The notes under the pieces are model-generated. The model had not been told where the DNA came from. It saw only the letters and a program-made list of their open reading frames with translations, and ran no database searches. Shown piece by piece: positions 58,875-64,000 of a stretch of 64,000 nt of DNA. The position numbers and the translations under genes are program-made. The stretch spans positions 1,344,001 to 1,408,000 of the forward strand of contig OY970359.1 of assembly GCA_963718665.1 (NCBI GenBank), read 5' to 3'. The stretch comes from an uncultured Phycisphaerales bacterium (lineage in GTDB: Bacteria > Planctomycetota > Phycisphaerae > Sedimentisphaerales > Anaerobacaceae). Each line of letters opens with the position of its first letter. Positions within the stretch are counted from its first letter, which is position 1.

Positions 58875-59396
58875 TCACAAGGGCTTGTGCACTTTTGTTT
58901 CAAGGGCGAGCAATTTCTTTTTGGTGCCCGTGCCGCCGAATGCGCTGAAGTTGCCGAGTGAGCCATCGGCGTGGATGACGCGGTGGCAGGGAATAATCAG
59001 GGGGATAGGATTTCTCGCTAATGCGCTGCCGACTGCTCTGCTTGCGCGGGGCTTGCCAATCATACCTGCTAACTGGGAATAAGACACTGTCTTGCCGGTG
59101 GGTATTTTTTCACAGGCGGCCAACACTTTGCGGGCGAAGGGTGGAAACTTGTCGAGGACAAGAGAGGTATTGAATCTTGCCGGTTTGCCTTCAAAATAGG
59201 CGATTATTTGTTTTTGCAGGGGTTTCAGGAGATTTTTGTCAAATTGGGGTTTGTCGAGACCAGCGAGGAGGTGTTTTTCGATGATTTTGCGGTTTTCGCA
59301 GGGCAGAATCGTTCGGCGAAGCCCCTTCTTGTCGGCAGCCAAGCCAAAATACCCCCAGGCAGTACTGAAAATCGTATATTTCATTTGCGCAGCCAT
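58875..59396 (-). CDS. ogt: Methylated-DNA--protein-cysteine methyltransferase
   Basis: IPTGKTVSY, P.ASRAVG.A...NP..LIIPCHRVI. Confidence 0.92.
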   Translation of the reverse strand: MAAQMKYTIFSTAWGYFGLAADKKGLRRTILPCENRKIIEKHLLAGLDKPQFDKNLLKPLQKQIIAYFEGKPARFNTSLVLDKFPPFARKVLAACEKIPTGKTVSYSQLAGMIGKPRASRAVGSALARNPIPLIIPCHRVIHADGSLGNFSAFGGTGTKKKLLALETKVHKPL

Positions 59397-59535
59397 ACCA
59401 CGAAAAATCATATTAAACGAGGCAAAGTCGTTGACGCAAGGGGGAAATTATGTTAGAAAAGCGGGTTTGTAAATCTGTATAGGTAAAAGGTTTGACGCCC
59501 CCGCGTTTTCTTATCAAAAACAAGTAAGGGGGCAG

Positions 59536-60618
59536 GTGGGAATTTTGTCTTTAGACGACCTTAGAAAACAGATTGACGAGATTGACCGCAAGCTTGTCGA
59601 GTTGCTCAACGAGCGTGCCAATGTTGTGATAGAAATTGGCAAGCTCAAGAACGAGACGGGCAAGCCCGTGTATGCGCCGGACCGTGAGAAGGAAGTGCTT
59701 GAGAAGGTAGCCGGTCACAACAATGGGCCGCTGCCGAACAAATGTTTGCAGGCGATATGGCGCGAGCTTATGAGCGGGTCGTTTGTTCTGGAAAGGCCGT
59801 TGCGGGTGGGTTACTTAGGCCCCGGCGGCAGCTACAGTCATACGGCGGCGATTTGCAAGTTCGGGCAAGGCGCGGATTATGAGCCGCTTGCGGACATTCG
59901 CAGTGTTCTGGATGAGGTAAGCAAGGGGCATTGCGATTTGGGCATCGTGCCGATAGAGAATACCCTGGGCGGCGGTGTGATTGAAACGCTTGACGCGCTA
60001 GTGGATTCGGATGTGAAGGTTTGCTCGGAGATTTTGATGGCGATTCATCATAATCTTTTGGCTAATTGCAACATAGACCAGATTGAGAAGATTTACTCGA
60101 AGCCGGAAGTTTTTACGCAGTGTCGCAACTGGCTTGCCGCGACGTTCAAAGAGGCGAAAACCGTCGCGGAGCCGTCAACTGCGAAAGCGGCGCAGAAGGC
60201 CGCCAAAGAAGCGAAGTCGGCGGCAATTGGTTCGACGGTGGCGGCGGAACTGTATGGGTTGAAAATCGTGTGCGAAAGCATCGAGGACACGCCTAACAAC
60301 GTAACGAGGTTTTTTGTGGTCGGGCGCGAAGATGCCAGGCCCACCGGCGAAGACAAGACCGCGGCGATATTCAGCACGGCCCACAAGGCAGGCGCCCTGG
60401 TCGATGTGCTCGAAGTTTTCAAGAAGTATGGTGTAAACCTGACTAATATAGAATCGAGACCCAGCAAAAAGAGGCAGTGGGAATATTACTTCTTTGTGGA
60501 TTTTATGGGTCATCGCGGCGACGAAAATGTTCAGAAGGCCTTCGACGAGGCGAAAAAGCACTGTTTGCAGCTTTCGGTGCTGGGCAGCTTCCCGCGAGCG
60601 ACGGAAGTTTTGGGATAA
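59536..60618 (+). CDS. pheA: Chorismate mutase / prephenate dehydratase
   Basis: LR.QIDEID...LLNER, YLGPGGSYS, VPIEN, NVTRF, NLTNIESRPS. Confidence 0.95.
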   Translation: MGILSLDDLRKQIDEIDRKLVELLNERANVVIEIGKLKNETGKPVYAPDREKEVLEKVAGHNNGPLPNKCLQAIWRELMSGSFVLERPLRVGYLGPGGSYSHTAAICKFGQGADYEPLADIRSVLDEVSKGHCDLGIVPIENTLGGGVIETLDALVDSDVKVCSEILMAIHHNLLANCNIDQIEKIYSKPEVFTQCRNWLAATFKEAKTVAEPSTAKAAQKAAKEAKSAAIGSTVAAELYGLKIVCESIEDTPNNVTRFFVVGREDARPTGEDKTAAIFSTAHKAGALVDVLEVFKKYGVNLTNIESRPSKKRQWEYYFFVDFMGHRGDENVQKAFDEAKKHCLQLSVLGSFPRATEVLG

Positions 60619-60633
60619 ATTTAGGAGAGTAGG

Positions 60634-61395
60634 ATGCGAAAGTCATTTATAGCGGGCAACTGGAAAATGAACACCGACGTTCACAGCTCAGTCAAACTGG
60701 CTGAGGGCGTTGTTTTGGGTTGTAAAGACGTGGCGGGCAGCAAAGTTGACGTAGCCGTGTGCCCGCCATTTGTTTATCTTCAGCAGGTGGGCAAGGCCCT
60801 TCAATCGTCGCATATCGGGCTTGGCTCGCAGGATATTTACTTCGAGCGGAAAGGCGCGTTCACGGGCGAGATTAGCTCGGCGATGCTTAAGGACGTCGGC
60901 TGTGCTTACGCGTTATGCGGTCATTCCGAGAGACGGCACGTTATCGGCGAGACCGATGAGCTGATAAACAAAAAGGTTCACGCGGCCATATTGGGCGGGC
61001 TTTTGCCGATTTTGTGCGTCGGCGAGCTGCTCGATGAGCGAAAGGCGAACAAAACCGACGAAGTAGTAACGCGGCAGATGGAAAAGGGCCTGGCGGGATT
61101 AATCGCAGAAAAAATGTCGGCTGTTACGATTGCGTATGAGCCCGTATGGGCGATAGGGACAGGGTTGACTGCGACTCCTCAGCAGGCACAGGAAGTGCAT
61201 GCGTTGATTCGGAAATTGGTCGCCCAAATGTATGACAGGAAGATTGCCGACGCGATTCGCATTCAGTATGGCGGGTCGGTAAAGCCGGATAACGCGGGCG
61301 AGCTGATGAGCCAGGAAGACGTTGACGGCTTATTGGTAGGCGGGGCAAGTTTGAAAGCAGAAGATTTTGTGGCGATTGTTAAAGCGTCGGTTTGA
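60634..61395 (+). CDS. tpiA: Triosephosphate isomerase
   Basis: AGNWKMN, GHSERR, AYEPVWAIGTG, YGGSV, LVGGASL. Confidence 0.97.
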   Translation: MRKSFIAGNWKMNTDVHSSVKLAEGVVLGCKDVAGSKVDVAVCPPFVYLQQVGKALQSSHIGLGSQDIYFERKGAFTGEISSAMLKDVGCAYALCGHSERRHVIGETDELINKKVHAAILGGLLPILCVGELLDERKANKTDEVVTRQMEKGLAGLIAEKMSAVTIAYEPVWAIGTGLTATPQQAQEVHALIRKLVAQMYDRKIADAIRIQYGGSVKPDNAGELMSQEDVDGLLVGGASLKAEDFVAIVKASV

Positions 61396-61429
61396 TTATA
61401 AAAAAATTAAACGAAATAAGGGACATATT

Positions 61430-61816
61430 ATGGCATTGAATCCGGTATTGGCGGCAGGTTTCATAACGAACATTCTCGCGGTGTTTTTTGTGATTGGTTC
61501 GGTAGTGCTTATCTTGGTGGTATTGATTCAAAAAGGCAAAGGCGGCGGACTTAGCGGCGCTTTTGCCGGCGGTATGGCCAGCGGCATACTGGGCAGCAAG
61601 ACGGGCGACGTCCTGACCTGGCTTACTATCAGCGTGGCCAGCTTATTTATAATTGTTGCTCTTGTGCTTGACAGGTGGTGGCGTCCGTCAACGAGCGGGC
61701 CGACATTGAAAACTCCAGCCCCGATAACCAGCAATGATACCGGCAGGGGCGCAGAACAGCCGGCGGCTCCGGCTGCGCCTGCACCGGCAGACCAGCAGGG
61801 TCAGACCCAGCAATAA
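61430..61816 (+). CDS. secG: Preprotein translocase subunit SecG
   Basis: LVVLIQKGKGGGLSGAF...G...GDVLTWLT; follows tpiA. Confidence 0.9.
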   Translation: MALNPVLAAGFITNILAVFFVIGSVVLILVVLIQKGKGGGLSGAFAGGMASGILGSKTGDVLTWLTISVASLFIIVALVLDRWWRPSTSGPTLKTPAPITSNDTGRGAEQPAAPAAPAPADQQGQTQQ

Positions 61817-61885
61817 ATGTGCGTATCGCCGTTTGGGGTAAAGTGTTTTCCCGTCGGCGATATATGTAATGAGGGCTGAATCTCT

Positions 61886-62776
61886 ATGATAAACAGTATG
61901 ACCGGATACGGGAACGCGGATGGCCGGCTGAGCGGCACGACTTATATTGTCGAAATCAGCACGGTCAACAACCGCTATTTCAAGCCGACAATTCGGCTGC
62001 CGGAAACGCTTGGGTTTCTGGAAAGCGACGTCGAAAAAGAGCTGCGCCGGGAGGTGTCGCGCGGCACGGCCAACTATACACTCAGGCAAAAAGGCGCGCC
62101 GGCAGAGGCGCTTTTCGAGATAAACGAAAAGGCGCTGACGACGCTGCTTAAACGACTCGGCAAAATTTCACCGTCGGCTGGTCTGGAACGTGAGCTTGAT
62201 TTGAGCGGATTACTGGCGTTGCCGGGAATTTTGTCGCCCGCGGTGCCGAGCAGCAAGGAGGCCGACAGGATTCGGCGAAAGGTGCTGGCGATTACGAAAC
62301 AAGCGCTGAGGGGGCTTAAGTCGATGCGTGCTGCGGAAGGTGAAGCCCTGTCGGCAGACCTCGAAAAGCATTGCAGGGCGATAAAAACCTCGCTTGAGCA
62401 GATACAAACTCGCAGCGCCGCCGGGCCTAAGCAATACGCTGAAAAACTCAAAAGAAGAATCGAAGAGCTGCTCTCGGTTGCTAAATTAAAATTGAATGAC
62501 GAGACATTGGCTCGCGAGGTCGCGATTTTCGCGGACAGGGCGGACATATCGGAAGAAATCGCCCGGCTCGATTCGCACTTAGTGCAGTTTACGAAGGGTT
62601 TGAAGAGCAGTGCCGGACAAAGCGAAGGCCGCAAGCTCGATTTTATCTGTCAGGAGATGCTCAGAGAGGCCAACACTATCGGCAGCAAGGCAGGCGACTC
62701 CGAGATTGTGCATTTAGTTGTGGATATCAAGTGCCGGATAGACCGAATCAAGGAACAGGTCCAGAACGTGGAATAA
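61886..62776 (+). CDS. yicC: YicC/YloC family endoribonuclease
   Basis: SMTGYG, VNNRY, DISEEI.RL.SH, GRKLDFICQEM.REANTIGSK, KEQVQNVE. Confidence 0.93.
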   Translation: MINSMTGYGNADGRLSGTTYIVEISTVNNRYFKPTIRLPETLGFLESDVEKELRREVSRGTANYTLRQKGAPAEALFEINEKALTTLLKRLGKISPSAGLERELDLSGLLALPGILSPAVPSSKEADRIRRKVLAITKQALRGLKSMRAAEGEALSADLEKHCRAIKTSLEQIQTRSAAGPKQYAEKLKRRIEELLSVAKLKLNDETLAREVAIFADRADISEEIARLDSHLVQFTKGLKSSAGQSEGRKLDFICQEMLREANTIGSKAGDSEIVHLVVDIKCRIDRIKEQVQNVE

Positions 62777-62786
62777 CGAATCGCCG

Positions 62787-63368
62787 ATGAGTAAGTCGCA
62801 GGCGTCAAAGGGAATTATTGTCGTAATAAGCGGCCCCAGCGGCGTAGGCAAGGGGACGATTTGCAAAGAGCTAGTCAAACGGCTGGACGATGCGTGCCTG
62901 AGCGTTTCGGTAACTACGCGACAAAGAACGCCGAAAGAAGTTGACGGCAAAGATTACTGGTTTGTCGGCAGGGACGAGTTTCAGCGGCGAATCGAAAAAG
63001 GCCTGCTGCTGGAGCACGCTGAGGTCTTCGGCAATTTTTACGGCACGCCGAAAGACAAGGTTGATGAGGCAATTGCCGCCGGCAAAGTGGTGATACTGGA
63101 AATAGACGTTCAGGGCGGCAAACAGGTTAAGAAGCTGTATCCGGATACCGTGATGGTATTTATCCTCGCCCCGACGCCAAAGGAGCTTGCGGGCCGATTG
63201 CACGGCAGGGGCAGAGACGGTGAGGAAACGGCGAAGCGCCGCCTCAGCCAGGCGTCAAACGAGATTGCGGTCGCCCGGCAGGATTATCAGTATATGGTTG
63301 TAAATGACAAGCTGGACGTGGCAGTAAATGAAATAATAGGAATAATCGAAACGATACGGAAGAAATAA
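62787..63368 (+). CDS. gmk: Guanylate kinase
   Basis: SGPSGVGKGT, SVTTR, DGKDY, YGTP, LEIDVQG. Confidence 0.96.
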   Translation: MSKSQASKGIIVVISGPSGVGKGTICKELVKRLDDACLSVSVTTRQRTPKEVDGKDYWFVGRDEFQRRIEKGLLLEHAEVFGNFYGTPKDKVDEAIAAGKVVILEIDVQGGKQVKKLYPDTVMVFILAPTPKELAGRLHGRGRDGEETAKRRLSQASNEIAVARQDYQYMVVNDKLDVAVNEIIGIIETIRKK

Positions 63369-63401
63369 GCGGCATAGGCAATTAATTGTGGAGTCGAATA
63401 A

Positions 63402-63632
63402 ATGATTGAAGACCTGAAAAATATCGAGTTGGTAAGAAAAGTCGGCGGGCGGTTCAAGTTGACGGCCCTGATTCAGAAACGGCTGATGGAATTGATGCAG
63501 GGCGCGCGGCCTTTGATTGAAGACGCCGAGGGTATGGGCCAGCTTCAAATCGTCGTCGAGGAAATCAAACGCGACAAGATTGCTATCGACTACGAAAACA
63601 GCGACATCGACAAACCAGGCAGCGTTGGGTAA
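63402..63632 (+). CDS. rpoZ: RNA polymerase omega subunit
   Basis: GGRFKLTALIQKR..EL..G, EI...KI; located between gmk and coaBC. Confidence 0.85.
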   Translation: MIEDLKNIELVRKVGGRFKLTALIQKRLMELMQGARPLIEDAEGMGQLQIVVEEIKRDKIAIDYENSDIDKPGSVG

Positions 63633-63665
63633 ACGGTGCCGGGAATTGCTCAAAGGCGGGCATAT

Positions 63666-64000
63666 ATGGCCAAACAAGAATCAAAACTTGATGGCGTTAA
63701 AATTGTGCTGGGGGTCAGCGGAGGCATCGCCGCGTATAAGGCGATTGACCTTGCCAGCAAACTGACGGCCAATGGTGCCGAGGTGAGGACGGTCCTGACC
63801 GAAAACGCCCTTCACTTAGTGGGCGCTGAGAGTTTCGAAGCCGTTACCGGCGGGCCTGTTCATATGAGCATGTGGGAGCAGGAAGAGTTCAGAATCGGGC
63901 ATATTAATCTGGCTGACTGGGCGGACGTAGTTATTGTTGCGCCCGCTACGGCGAACATCTTAGGCAAATTCGCCAACGGCATCTGCGATGACCTGCTCAG
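63666..64000 (+). CDS. coaBC: Phosphopantothenoylcysteine decarboxylase (CoaBC/CoaC), 5' part, runs off the window
   Basis: Own translation: KIVLGVSGGIAAYKA...HINLADWADVVIVAPATANILGKFANGICDDLL. Confidence 0.92.
   Translation, partial: MAKQESKLDGVKIVLGVSGGIAAYKAIDLASKLTANGAEVRTVLTENALHLVGAESFEAVTGGPVHMSMWEQEEFRIGHINLADWADVVIVAPATANILGKFANGICDDLL

Overview
A 64-kb core-chromosome window from a bacterium that is most likely a Planctomycetota member (Phycisphaerae / Sedimentisphaerales-like). This is inferred from the short GlmU, PurS-fused PurL, dockerin-like secreted protein and exosortase-EPS locus. It holds housekeeping genes (dtd, dksA-like, accA, tyrA, purL, tRNA-Gln-glmU-prs-rplY-pth-rpsF-ssb-rpsR-rplI, rlmN, ftsK, dnaN-dciA-gyrB, cdaA, cstA, der, ogt, pheA-tpiA-secG-yicC-gmk-rpoZ-coaBC) and an 11.7-kb Wza/exosortase/EpsI/TPR/Wzc/epimerase locus. 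A probable replication origin lies upstream of dnaN, flanked by a WYL-domain regulator rather than dnaA. No CRISPR array, rRNA, transposase or prophage was seen. Most notable signals: (1) several families of small palindromic DNA elements inserted in-frame inside protein genes, including the same 69-bp element twice in rlmN in different frames and a 26-bp palindrome supplying the stop codon of two unrelated genes; (2) dispersed 7-nt tandem-repeat arrays; (3) strong enrichment of a D/E-x-N tripeptide in exported proteins, suggesting an undescribed modification sequon; (4) an apparent ACG start codon; (5) a diadenylate cyclase with altered catalytic motifs; (6) three frameshifts in GC runs that may be assembly errors.
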